Below, in pieces: positions 39,997 through 49,300 of a DNA stretch of 64,000 nucleotides. A model generated the notes under the pieces. The model saw nothing but the letters and a program-made list of their open reading frames with translations. It made no database searches and was not told the DNA's origin. Source of the stretch: Spirochaetia bacterium. GTDB taxonomy: Bacteria > Spirochaetota > Spirochaetia > CADAEX01. Position numbers and translations under genes: made by a program. Within the stretch, counting starts at the first letter, position 1. Each line of letters begins with the position of its first letter. The stretch covers positions 91,240-155,239 of the forward strand of contig JAZURI010000011.1 in the NCBI GenBank assembly GCA_045606105.1, read 5' to 3'.

Positions 39997-41091
39997 TTAT
40001 TTTAAGAATCTTATTTGCAGACATAATTTTAAATAATATTTTCCGTTTTCTTTAAAAATATTACCAAAATCATGCCTTGAAGTACTTGGTGTATCAAATT
40101 TTGTATTTTTAACCAAATAATCTTCAAATTCATTTCTGTTAAATAAGTGATAACAAAGAACTTCTCCATCTTCCCTGACTATAATATATCCGCCTGTTGC
40201 ATCTGCTCTTCCGGTCCAAGGAGTCGAAGGCAACATACCTAAAGCACATTCGGAAATAAACTTTTTGAATTTATACTCATAAAAAGGCTGCCCGCTCTCA
40301 AGAGGGAATTTGCAAGGATTTTTTTTGGAAATATTTTTGAGCGATTCAGAAATTTTTTTAACACGGTGGGAATAATATTCCATAAGCATATAAGCACAAA
40401 TTTTAGGTAAGCTTCCGTCAAGCATTAGAAGATTGTTTTCAAAAATATCGTTATCAACTTTTATAAAGTTTAAACTACAGTCCTTTGATTTCAAATAATC
40501 AAATCTGTCTTTAAATTTTTTAGAACAGGTGTTAAAACCATTTAACACTCCATCATCTATTTTTCCGACAACTTCATATAAAAAATTAGTTGTCTTACCT
40601 GCATTGATAAGAGTGGAAGCTCCTCCTAATCTTGATTTAATACTGAAACCCTGGACATTTTCATATCCTGTATTAATATCGTGAATTCTTATAAAGATAT
40701 CAGCTTTATCTGTAGGTTTGGCTTTAATTGTGTCAACGGATATTTTTTGAAGAAATGCGTTGGTCGCTTCGGATGAAAAAGTTGTTTTTTTAGAGTTAAT
40801 TATTTCTTTATATAAATTATTTGCACATCTTGTAAATTCCTCAGATTTTATAGATGCAAGTTCTGTTTTTTTGTCTACATTGAAAACTGTGATTATTTTT
40901 TTATTTTGATTAATACGGAATTCAAGTTTTCCTATTGATTCATTTCTAACAATATTAATTATATTGTAAAAAGTACCATCTAGTTTATTTAAATCTTCAT
41001 CTGCAGCGTACAATTTTCCTAATTCAAGTAAACGTAACAGCACATAAATTTCACTCCATTCACCTTTGTTATAGCCGGAAAGTTTTGGCAT
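39997..41091 (-). CDS. HpaII-family type II restriction endonuclease
   Basis: NKGEWSEIY, KADI, GFSIKSRLG...TLINA, DATGGYIIV, STSRHDFG, LQIRF motifs; coupled to a C5-MTase. Confidence 0.8.
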   Translation of the reverse strand: MPKLSGYNKGEWSEIYVLLRLLELGKLYAADEDLNKLDGTFYNIINIVRNESIGKLEFRINQNKKIITVFNVDKKTELASIKSEEFTRCANNLYKEIINSKKTTFSSEATNAFLQKISVDTIKAKPTDKADIFIRIHDINTGYENVQGFSIKSRLGGASTLINAGKTTNFLYEVVGKIDDGVLNGFNTCSKKFKDRFDYLKSKDCSLNFIKVDNDIFENNLLMLDGSLPKICAYMLMEYYSHRVKKISESLKNISKKNPCKFPLESGQPFYEYKFKKFISECALGMLPSTPWTGRADATGGYIIVREDGEVLCYHLFNRNEFEDYLVKNTKFDTPSTSRHDFGNIFKENGKYYLKLCLQIRFLK

Positions 41092-42088
41092 TATCTAGAA
41101 CCTCCTTAATTCTTTCCGCAATTGCAGTAATTACACTAACGGTGACACTGTTTCCAAATTGTTTGTACAGGTGAGTATCTGCAAGAGGAAGAACAAAACT
41201 GTCAGGAAACCCCTGCAGTCTAGCCCATTCCCTCGGAGTCATTTTTCTGATTCCCTCTTTATTAATATTACCTTTTATATGAGTTACGGGAACAAGATCC
41301 TTCTGTCTTTTGTCTATAACAAGATTTCTCTCTCTTCCCATACCACCGCAAACAATAGCCCCTGCTATATCACTCCAATCACGAATTTCAAATCCGAATC
41401 CATTACCTTTTGATTCGTGTCTTGCTTTGTGTCTGCGTAATGTTTCTACATACACTTCACTTAGATAATACTTCGCAGAAACAGCTTTTGCTTCTTTAAT
41501 ATCCCATAAACATTTAGAATTATCTGTTTTTTCAGGAAAAATAAAATTTTCCGGGGCAATATCAGCTCTGAATGCGACAATATAAATTCGTTCTCTGTTT
41601 TGAGGTACACCGAAATTTTTACTGTTTAGTACTTTATAAAAAACCTTATATCCCAAAGATTCAAAAGTATCATGTATAATTTTGAAAGTTCTTCCTTTAT
41701 CATGAATGTATAAACCTTTAACATTTTCACAAAAAATTACCTTTGGCTTGTGGTAATCACAAATTCTTGCAACATCAAGAAAAAGATTCCCGCGACACAT
41801 ACCTTTGTAATTGTCTTCAAACCCCATACGTTGTCCTGCAAGACTGAATGCCTGACAAGGAAAACCGGCAAGACAAATATCAAATTCAGGAATATCTTTT
41901 TCTTCTATTTTGGTAATATCTCCCGCAATTTCAAATTCATCATTAAAGTTTGCTTTGTATGTTTTTTTTGCATTCTCATCCCATTCGCTGACAAAGACCG
42001 TACTTATTTCATCCTTAAACGCACCGTCAAATCCCAAGCGAATTCCACCGATTCCCGCAAAAAGATCAATTGATTTATACTGATTCAT
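41069..42088 (-). CDS. dcm: DNA cytosine-5 methyltransferase, M.HpaII-like (CCGG predicted)
   Basis: FAGIGG, GFPCQAFS, ENV, QNRER, GNSV; TRD HKARHESKGNGFG...GGMGRERNLVID recalled as M.HpaII-like. Confidence 0.88.
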   Translation of the reverse strand: MNQYKSIDLFAGIGGIRLGFDGAFKDEISTVFVSEWDENAKKTYKANFNDEFEIAGDITKIEEKDIPEFDICLAGFPCQAFSLAGQRMGFEDNYKGMCRGNLFLDVARICDYHKPKVIFCENVKGLYIHDKGRTFKIIHDTFESLGYKVFYKVLNSKNFGVPQNRERIYIVAFRADIAPENFIFPEKTDNSKCLWDIKEAKAVSAKYYLSEVYVETLRRHKARHESKGNGFGFEIRDWSDIAGAIVCGGMGRERNLVIDKRQKDLVPVTHIKGNINKEGIRKMTPREWARLQGFPDSFVLPLADTHLYKQFGNSVTVSVITAIAERIKEVLDNAKTFRL

Positions 42089-42494
42089 TTGCTTTTACCG
42101 CCATTTCAACTTTATCCGCACAAATGCTGATATTGTTTTTTATTTCTTTCCCCCAGAATCTAATAACCTGCCAACCTTCAGATTCCAGTTTTGATGTTAC
42201 TTCAAAATCTCTTTTAATATTTCTTTCTATTTTAGGAATCCAAAAATCCTGATTTGATTTAAAATCATTTTTTCTGTTATCCCAATCATATCCATGCCAA
42301 AACTCACTATCGACAAAAACTGCTATTTTTTTTCTTAAAAAAACAATATCAGGCTTACCATATATTTTTCCGACATTTTTTCTATATCTAAGTCCCCTAT
42401 TCCAGAGTTCTTTTCTTAATTTTAACTCTATTTCGGAATCTTTATTTTTCACCTGTTTCATATTAAAGTGAATTTGTTCTTTTGTTTTAGTCAT
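42075..42494 (-). CDS. vsr: Very-short-patch repair endonuclease
   Basis: GKPDIV, FVDSEFWHG, FWIPKIERNIKRD, VIRFW; probable start MTKTKEQIHFNM. Confidence 0.92.
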   Translation of the reverse strand: MTKTKEQIHFNMKQVKNKDSEIELKLRKELWNRGLRYRKNVGKIYGKPDIVFLRKKIAVFVDSEFWHGYDWDNRKNDFKSNQDFWIPKIERNIKRDFEVTSKLESEGWQVIRFWGKEIKNNISICADKVEMAVKANESV

Positions 42495-42620
42495 TCTTTT
42501 TATCCGGAAATAACTTTCCAATTTAAAATTTATCATGAATTTCATGAATTATAAACCACTTTCTATATCTTTTTTACCACATCCCATATCTCATGCAATG
42601 ACACACTTCTAAAAATAAAT

Positions 42621-42655
42621 AAAAAAGACAGCCGAAGCTGTCCTTTTACCAATAT
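42621..42655 (-). terminator. Terminator, copy 1 of a 35-bp direct repeat
   Basis: GACAGC-TTCG-GCTGTC plus T-run on minus strand; identical to 42804..42838. Confidence 0.85.
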
Positions 42656-42803
42656 CATTACAGACCTATGTTAAAATTTTCCCAATTTTTCAACATAGAT
42701 ATTTTTTTCAAATTTTTGTCCACGTTATTTTTTCATTGACAAATTTTACCTTTTTCTGTCCATGTTATTCTAAGAAAAATCCTACTCCGTACACACCGGC
42801 AAA

Positions 42804-42838
42804 AAAAAAGACAGCCGAAGCTGTCCTTTTACCAATAT
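42804..42838 (-). terminator. Terminator, copy 2, downstream of the CoiA-like gene
   Basis: AAAAAAGACAGCCGAAGCTGTCCTTTTACCAATAT. Confidence 0.85.
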
Positions 42839-42849
42839 TTCACTTCCCA

Positions 42850-43617
42850 TCACCCTTTTCTTCTGCGGCGGGCGGGTTTTCTTTTTGCAGGTTTCTTGAT
42901 TGCAGGGTTGTTTCTGCAGGATGGGCACACTTTTTCAAAGCTGTCCACTGTTATGCCGAACACGGAGATTCCTCCGGTATATCTGCTTCTGAAGCTTCTG
43001 CCGCAAAGGGCACATTCGGTGTCGGTTTCTCCCTCTTCCTTTTCCATGAGTCTGCAGCTGCTGTCCAGGCAGTAATCCACGCTGTACGGTTTTTCCAGTT
43101 TCTCTTCCACCCGGTCCAGATCCTTCAGATCCCAGAGCTTTATCTGTATGCAGGTTTCCTTGCTGTGTGGTCTGAAAAACAGTGCCTGCTCCTCCGGGGC
43201 ATCGGTACAGATAATCTCTATTACCCCTATCCTGTTCCTGTTTATATCAAACAGTTCCACGGTTTCTGTCAGTTCCTTCACCGACGCCACCCGGTTCATC
43301 AGGTTCTTAGGGCCCCATTTGGCGCCGCATTCACGGCATTCCCAGCTTACTCCCAGCTCTCCCTTTTCCTTTATCCTGCTGTTCAGAAGGGCAGTAAGGC
43401 GTTTCTTGAACTCGCTGTGAAGAAAGGTTTCGCTTCCGCCGGCACAGCCGGTATCCTTCTTGTGGGCAAAATGCTTCTGTCTTTCGGGGCCTTCCCTGAG
43501 TATGAATTCCTGTCCGCATTCTACGCAACGGTAGTTTTTCCCCTTAAGGGCTTCTGAGATGGATACGATTTTTCCCTCGGAATTGAGGGCGTGCTGATAT
43601 GCTGTTTCTCTTTTCAA
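42850..43617 (-). CDS. CoiA-like zinc-binding protein
   Basis: YRCVECGQEFILREG...KHFAH...SETFLHSEFK; extra CxxC pairs. Confidence 0.65.
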   Translation of the reverse strand: MKRETAYQHALNSEGKIVSISEALKGKNYRCVECGQEFILREGPERQKHFAHKKDTGCAGGSETFLHSEFKKRLTALLNSRIKEKGELGVSWECRECGAKWGPKNLMNRVASVKELTETVELFDINRNRIGVIEIICTDAPEEQALFFRPHSKETCIQIKLWDLKDLDRVEEKLEKPYSVDYCLDSSCRLMEKEEGETDTECALCGRSFRSRYTGGISVFGITVDSFEKVCPSCRNNPAIKKPAKRKPARRRRKG

Positions 43618-43618
43618 A

Positions 43619-43834
43619 TTACTGTCCGAAGGAGGCAGCTGCCGCTGCTATTCCTACATATATTATAGCCAGAAAGGCTACAAATGCCATTACAGCCAGA
43701 AAAAAGGCTTTGCCCCCTTTCCTTTCTGCCGGTGCGGCAGGGGCTGCCTGGGCTTTTTTCAGCCTTGTACCGCAGAAGGAGCAGAATCTTGCCCCCTCCT
43801 CCGGTATCTTTCCGCAGTTATCGCAGTACTTCAT
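43619..43834 (-). CDS. Zinc-ribbon membrane protein
   Basis: YCDNCG...FCSFCG plus C-terminal TM. Confidence 0.75.
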   Translation of the reverse strand: MKYCDNCGKIPEEGARFCSFCGTRLKKAQAAPAAPAERKGGKAFFLAVMAFVAFLAIIYVGIAAAAASFGQ

Positions 43835-44475
43835 GCGTGAAACTTCTGTGTCCAGGACGGATCCCTGAAGAATGCCGATCCTGTGGCCAGTACATCCACG
43901 CCCGCTTCTGCCAGAAGGTCTGCATTGCTGCCGTCTACTCCTCCGTCCACGGAAATAAGATAGCTGTATCCCTTTTCCTTCTTCAGGCGGGCCAGCTCCC
44001 TGATTTTATCCACGCAGCCCGGAATCAGCTTCTGTCCGCCGAAGCCCGGGTTTACTGTCATTACCAGTACCAGATCCAGGTCTCCCAGTACCTCGCCTAT
44101 GGCGCTTACCGGTGTGGATGGCACTATGCTGATTCCCGCTTTCTTCCCCAGTTCCTTGATTCTGCAGATCAGACGGTGGATATGGGTGCAGGCCTCTGCG
44201 TGGAAGGTTATGTAATCGGCACCTGTCTTTCCGAACTCCTCCACAAAGAATTCCGGATTGTTTACCATCATGTGTACATCAAAAATCAGATCGGAATGGG
44301 GTCTCAGATCCTCCACAAACTTTCTTCCGAATGTCATGTTGGGAACAAAATGACCGTCCATCACATCCAGATGAACCCAGTCTGCCCTGTTTTCCTTAAG
44401 GAAAGCCAGAGCCTCCTTCATGTTGCTGAAATCTGCCGCCAGGACAGACGGTGCGATTAACTTCTTCATGTTCAA
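43831..44475 (-). CDS. rpe: Ribulose-phosphate 3-epimerase
   Basis: HLDVMDGHFVPN, MTVNPGFGGQ, VDGG. Confidence 0.97.
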   Translation of the reverse strand: MNMKKLIAPSVLAADFSNMKEALAFLKENRADWVHLDVMDGHFVPNMTFGRKFVEDLRPHSDLIFDVHMMVNNPEFFVEEFGKTGADYITFHAEACTHIHRLICRIKELGKKAGISIVPSTPVSAIGEVLGDLDLVLVMTVNPGFGGQKLIPGCVDKIRELARLKKEKGYSYLISVDGGVDGSNADLLAEAGVDVLATGSAFFRDPSWTQKFHA

Positions 44476-46271
44476 TCCTTTTTAAGAACAGCCTTGATTC
44501 TTCTTACCCCTGCGGATGAGCTCTCTTCCTTGGCAATGTGAAAATGGCCCATGTCGCCTGTGTGCTCAACGTGAGGTCCGGCACAAACTTCCTTGGAGAA
44601 GTCGCCGATGCTGTATACTGTTACCTGTTCGCCGTACTTGCCTGAGAAGAATGCGATGGCACCCTTTTCCACGGCCTCTTCCGGTGTCATGGTTTCCACG
44701 GTTACCTTCAGATCTCCGGCAATGGCTTCGTTTACCATGTCCTCTACTTCCTTGATCTGCTCCTTGGTCATCTTGTCAGGATGGCTGAAGTCGAATCTCA
44801 GTCTTTCCGGTGTAATGTTTGATCCCTTCTGACCTACGTGCTCGCCCAGAACCTTTCTGAGGGCCGCATGGAGAAGGTGTGTAGCTGTATGGAGTGCTGT
44901 AGTCTGCTCGCTGTGGTCTCCCAGACCTGACTTGAACTGACCTGCCTCTGCTGTTCTTGAAAGCTCCTGATGCTTTGCAAATGCCTGGTTGAAACCTTCA
45001 ACATCCACGGTAAAGCCCTTTTCTGCCGCCAGCTCCTGTGTAAGCTCGATAGGGAATCCGAATGTATCGTAAAGCTTGAATGCGCTTCCGCCGGCAATTT
45101 CCTTTACACCCTGCTTTTCCAGGAAGAATGTCATTTTTTCAAACTGCTTTTCTCCCTTTTCCAGAGTTTCGCGGAATTTTACTTCCTCGGCTGTAAGCTC
45201 CTTGTAAACCTTTTCTGCGTTTTCCACCAGCTCAGGATAAGGGGCACCGTACATGTCCACCACTACCTTGGCCACCTCTGCCAGGAATGTTCCCTGGATT
45301 CCCAGATTCTTTCCGTTTCTTACGGCACGGCGGATAAGACGGCGGAGAATATAGCCCTGTCCCACGTTGGATGGGGTGCATCCTCTCTGGTCTCCCAGAA
45401 TAAAGGTTGATGTTCTGATATGGTCTGCAATTATTCTCATGGAAACATCGGTCTTTTCATCCTGTCCGTAGGTTACTCCGGCCAGCTCCCCGATCTTTGC
45501 CAGGATAGGCTGCATTATTTCTGTCTCATATACCGATTTCTTTCCCTGGAGAATGGCGATGGTTCTTTCGATACCCATACCTGTGTCGATACACTTGCGC
45601 TCCATCTCCACGAACTTGCCGTCTGCTGTCTTGTTGTAGCCCATGAGAACGTCGTTCCAGATCTCAAAGTATTTTCCGCATCCGCAGCCCGGTTTGCAGT
45701 CAGGACCGCATGCAGGACGACCTGTGTCTATGAACATCTCTGTGTCCGGACCGCAAGGACCTGTCTCTCCGGCTGGACCCCACCAGTTGTCCTCTCTAGG
45801 CATGAAATAGATTCTTTCTTTAGGAATACCCATTCTTTCCCAGATCTCGGCACTTTCCGTATCCTTAGGAATGCCCTCCTCCCCTTCAAAAACAGTTACG
45901 GAAAGCTTGTCTGCAGGAATGTGAAGCACCTCTGTCAGGAACTCCCAGCTCCATGGAATCATCTCTTTCTTGAAATAATCTCCCAGAGACCAGTTTCCCA
46001 GCATCTCGAAGCAGGTCAGGTGATGCGGATCTCCTACGCTGTCGATATCTCCGGTTCTGATACACTTCTGGTAGTCTGTAAGTCTCTTGCCTGCCGGATG
46101 TGGCTGACCGAGAATATATGGAACCAGCGGATGCATACCCGCTGTAGTAAAAAGTACTGTAGGATCGTTTTCCGGAATAACCGATGCTCCGGAAATCTGT
46201 GTATGACCCTTTGATACAAAGAAGTCAATAAATTTCTGTCTAAGTTCATTTGCTTTCATGGGAATCTCCAA
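44472..46271 (-). CDS. alaS: Alanine--tRNA ligase (short form lacking C-Ala domain)
   Basis: LFTTAGM, FEMLGNWS, GPCGP, HTATHLL, CAGPHV, GVRRI. Confidence 0.96.
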   Translation of the reverse strand: MEIPMKANELRQKFIDFFVSKGHTQISGASVIPENDPTVLFTTAGMHPLVPYILGQPHPAGKRLTDYQKCIRTGDIDSVGDPHHLTCFEMLGNWSLGDYFKKEMIPWSWEFLTEVLHIPADKLSVTVFEGEEGIPKDTESAEIWERMGIPKERIYFMPREDNWWGPAGETGPCGPDTEMFIDTGRPACGPDCKPGCGCGKYFEIWNDVLMGYNKTADGKFVEMERKCIDTGMGIERTIAILQGKKSVYETEIMQPILAKIGELAGVTYGQDEKTDVSMRIIADHIRTSTFILGDQRGCTPSNVGQGYILRRLIRRAVRNGKNLGIQGTFLAEVAKVVVDMYGAPYPELVENAEKVYKELTAEEVKFRETLEKGEKQFEKMTFFLEKQGVKEIAGGSAFKLYDTFGFPIELTQELAAEKGFTVDVEGFNQAFAKHQELSRTAEAGQFKSGLGDHSEQTTALHTATHLLHAALRKVLGEHVGQKGSNITPERLRFDFSHPDKMTKEQIKEVEDMVNEAIAGDLKVTVETMTPEEAVEKGAIAFFSGKYGEQVTVYSIGDFSKEVCAGPHVEHTGDMGHFHIAKEESSSAGVRRIKAVLKKD

Positions 46272-46314
46272 TTACTTATAATATAATATAAAACAATCTG
46301 CTTATTCAAGTCTG

Positions 46315-49300
46315 TTACTTAACCTCAACCATAACTGCATCCCCTTCGGTAGGCATTACCAGAAGCATTTTCCGGATCGGCATACCGGGATACAAGGCTG
46401 CCAGTCCCTGTGCGTAGAGGCTTACCTGACGGCTGTAGCGGTCAAGGGTCTCCCTGTCAAGCCGGCCGCCGGTATGGGTCTTGTAATCCAGGATAACAAA
46501 CTCCCTGCCGTCTCCCACCACCAGGTCCATGATTCCGTAGAGCATCCTGTCCTCGTGCCTGAATAAAATACCCGCCTCGGCCCTCATACCTGCAGCATTT
46601 CTTACCAGCTCCCGGTACTCCTTGTTCATAAGCCCCTTGCGGATAAAGTTCTCTGCCTTTTTCTTTATGTCGGCAGGCAGCTCCAGCATTTTGGAATCTA
46701 TGTTTTCCGGATCCACCGCATCGTACTTTATCTCAAGCAGCTTCTTCTCGAACCAGCTGTGAACCGCAGTACCTATGTCGTTGCTCCTGTTGTCCCGGTT
46801 CTCGCCGCCGGTATACTCTGCCTTGGCCTCCTCCTCGTCGGTCTCCCCATTGAGATACCTGGATACGGAGCCGTATTCCAGAAGGTCGGAAAAACCCTCT
46901 TCCCTGATAAAAGGCATAGACTCGGAACGGGAGGCTCCTTTTTCGGCTTCCGGGGTAGCGATACACTCAAAGTGGATATTTTCAATCTCTGCCGCTGCCG
47001 GTACCGAATCAAGGTTGCTCAGGATATTCTTGTACCAGTTGGCATCCGGAACCGCAGGCTTGTCCGCATCATAATTCTCTGTCCTGAGGGTTACGAAAAG
47101 ATTGTCCCTGGCCCTTGTCAGCGCCACGTAGAGAAGATTTGCATACTCCCTTTCGTCAAATTCGGTATTCTCGTATTTCATGCATACAGAGAAAGGAAAT
47201 TCGGAATCGCCGTCATTAAGCTCCCGCACCCTTCTGACACCGAAATCGGTAACAAGACCGTCTCCCTGACTGAGGTTGATGAAGCTCAGTTCCTCAGACT
47301 CCATATAATCCCTGCTTGTTACCTTGGCCAGGATAAGGTTATCGAATTCCAGCCCCTTGGAGCTGTGGACTGTCATGATTTTTACCGATTCGGCAACTGC
47401 AATGACACATTCCTTGGTATTTTCCTCTGTCATGCTGTCCAGGTGATTAAAAATACTTTCCGGGCAGTTATCAAACTTTTCCGCCACCTCTCCCAGATAT
47501 TCGGTAAAAACCGATATATAGGATGCGGCACCCTGAGTCCTGCCCATATGAAGGCTGTATTCCCGGGAGGCTATGATTTCCTGCAGCGTAAAGAGAACTC
47601 CCTTTCCCGGATCCCGTTCCCTGCGGTAAAGCTCTGCCAGAACAGGAAATGAAGCCAGTACGGATTCCGGAAGAATGCCGTAGATAACCTTAAGCAGAAG
47701 AATAAGCTCATAAATTTCCGGCAGGTTGAAGAAGTCCCTTTTCATGATGAAGGAATAAGGAATTCCCGCAGTTCTCAGCGCTTCCAGGATGTACGACACG
47801 TCGGTATAGGACCTGATAAGGATACCCCAGCTTCCGTACTTTTCCTTTCCGTTTTTCCGGATAAGGTTGGCAATATAGTCTCCCTCCTTGATTTTCAGGC
47901 GACGGATAAGATCCTTTCTCGGAGCATCCTCTGTCTTGTCATCCTTTGAAAAATAGATATTTGTAAAAAAGACCCTTTTGCCCGGATTCTTTTCTTTCCG
48001 TACCGGAATCATGCTTTCGTTGATGATGCGGTATGAACTATATTTGTTACAGCTTGAAAAAAAGCTGTTGCTGAAATTTACGATTTTTTCCTTGGATCTG
48101 TAGTTTTCGTTCAGGGATACCACCAGAGTTCCCTCTTTTTTCTTGAAATACTCGAAAATCTGGTTGTCGCATTGCTGGAAGCGGTAGATTGCCTGCTTCT
48201 CATCCCCTACTATGAACAGCGTGTTTTCCGGTGTGTGGATTCCGTCCAGAATCTTTTTCTGCAGCCAGTTGCTGTCCTGGAATTCGTCCACCATTATGTG
48301 CCTGATCTCGCCGCTGATCTGTTTACGGATCTCCTCATTCTCCAGAAGCTCTGTCATGTAGATCGGGAAATCGCTGAGCTCAATAACGCTTTTTTCTGTC
48401 TTGTAGGCCTCTATTTCCTTTTCCGCTTCTGTCATCAGATCGAAAATATCCAGACGGATGTTCTTTTCAAAATTCTCAGGCAGTGCACTGATATCGGGCT
48501 CCGGCTTCAGCATCCGGTATATCTTCTTGAATTCCGCCAGAAGGGATGATGCCCTCTGACTGCTTTTGTAGACCTTGGCAGTGCAGGTATCGTTGCCCAC
48601 CGCGGAAAAATCCCTTTTTTCAAGCCTCTCTATCTTTTTCAGCACCGCGTTGACTGAATTCTTGTTGGTCTCCTCTTCGATATATTCCCTGAATACCTGA
48701 ATAAGATTATCGCTGATTTCCCCCAGCCTTTCATTCATGTTTTCAAGAACTGTCAGGAGAATTTTCTTATGCTCATCAAACAGCCTGTCAAACAATACCC
48801 TGCTGCTCTCCGACAATGCAGTTCCGCTGAGCTTGATCCGGTTCATGAGGTTAAGGAACTCCTCTGTCAGCGTTTTCCTGCTGATATACCTGCTCCAGAG
48901 CATGAAGTTTTCCGATTTTTCACGGTAGCTGTCGATAAGCCGTTTCAGGATTTCTTCCTTTTTTTCATTGATGATATAGTCATCCGCCACCTTGGCCTCT
49001 ATGTCCCTGTCGGAATCCTTTCTCACCTTTTCAAAGCGGAGAAGCATGTTGCGGCAGAAGGAATGATTGGTGGAGATGCGGTTCTTGGAGAAAAAGCTCC
49101 GTTTGGCCTCCAGAAGCCTTTCCCGCTGCTCCTGTGTCAGGGTGTAGCTGCCCGATTCCACGGAATAGAAGGCATTCAGCTCTATGGTGTCGCAGATCTT
49201 GCGGAAAATTCTATTCTGCATCTCTCCGGTAGCCTTTTCGGTAAAGGTTATGCAGAGAATCTCCTCCAGGGTGCAGCCTCCGTTTACAATCAGGTTTACA

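Larger units (their letters stand above)
39273..42620. mobile_element. AT-rich horizontally acquired defence islet (HNH + REase + MTase + Vsr); no mobility gene seen
   Basis: Abrupt drop in GC and change in codon usage relative to flanks. Confidence 0.7.

Noticed and set aside
42716-42770. DnaA boxes / replication origin
   Set aside because: Only one loose match (TTGTCCACG); no box cluster and no dnaA context.
42621-42838. Possible CRISPR mini-array
   Set aside because: Only two copies, a 148-bp spacer, terminator-like structure and no cas genes in the window.
44472-46271. alaS as a truncated pseudogene
   Set aside because: Catalytic and editing motifs are intact; short AlaRS forms are known in spirochaetes.
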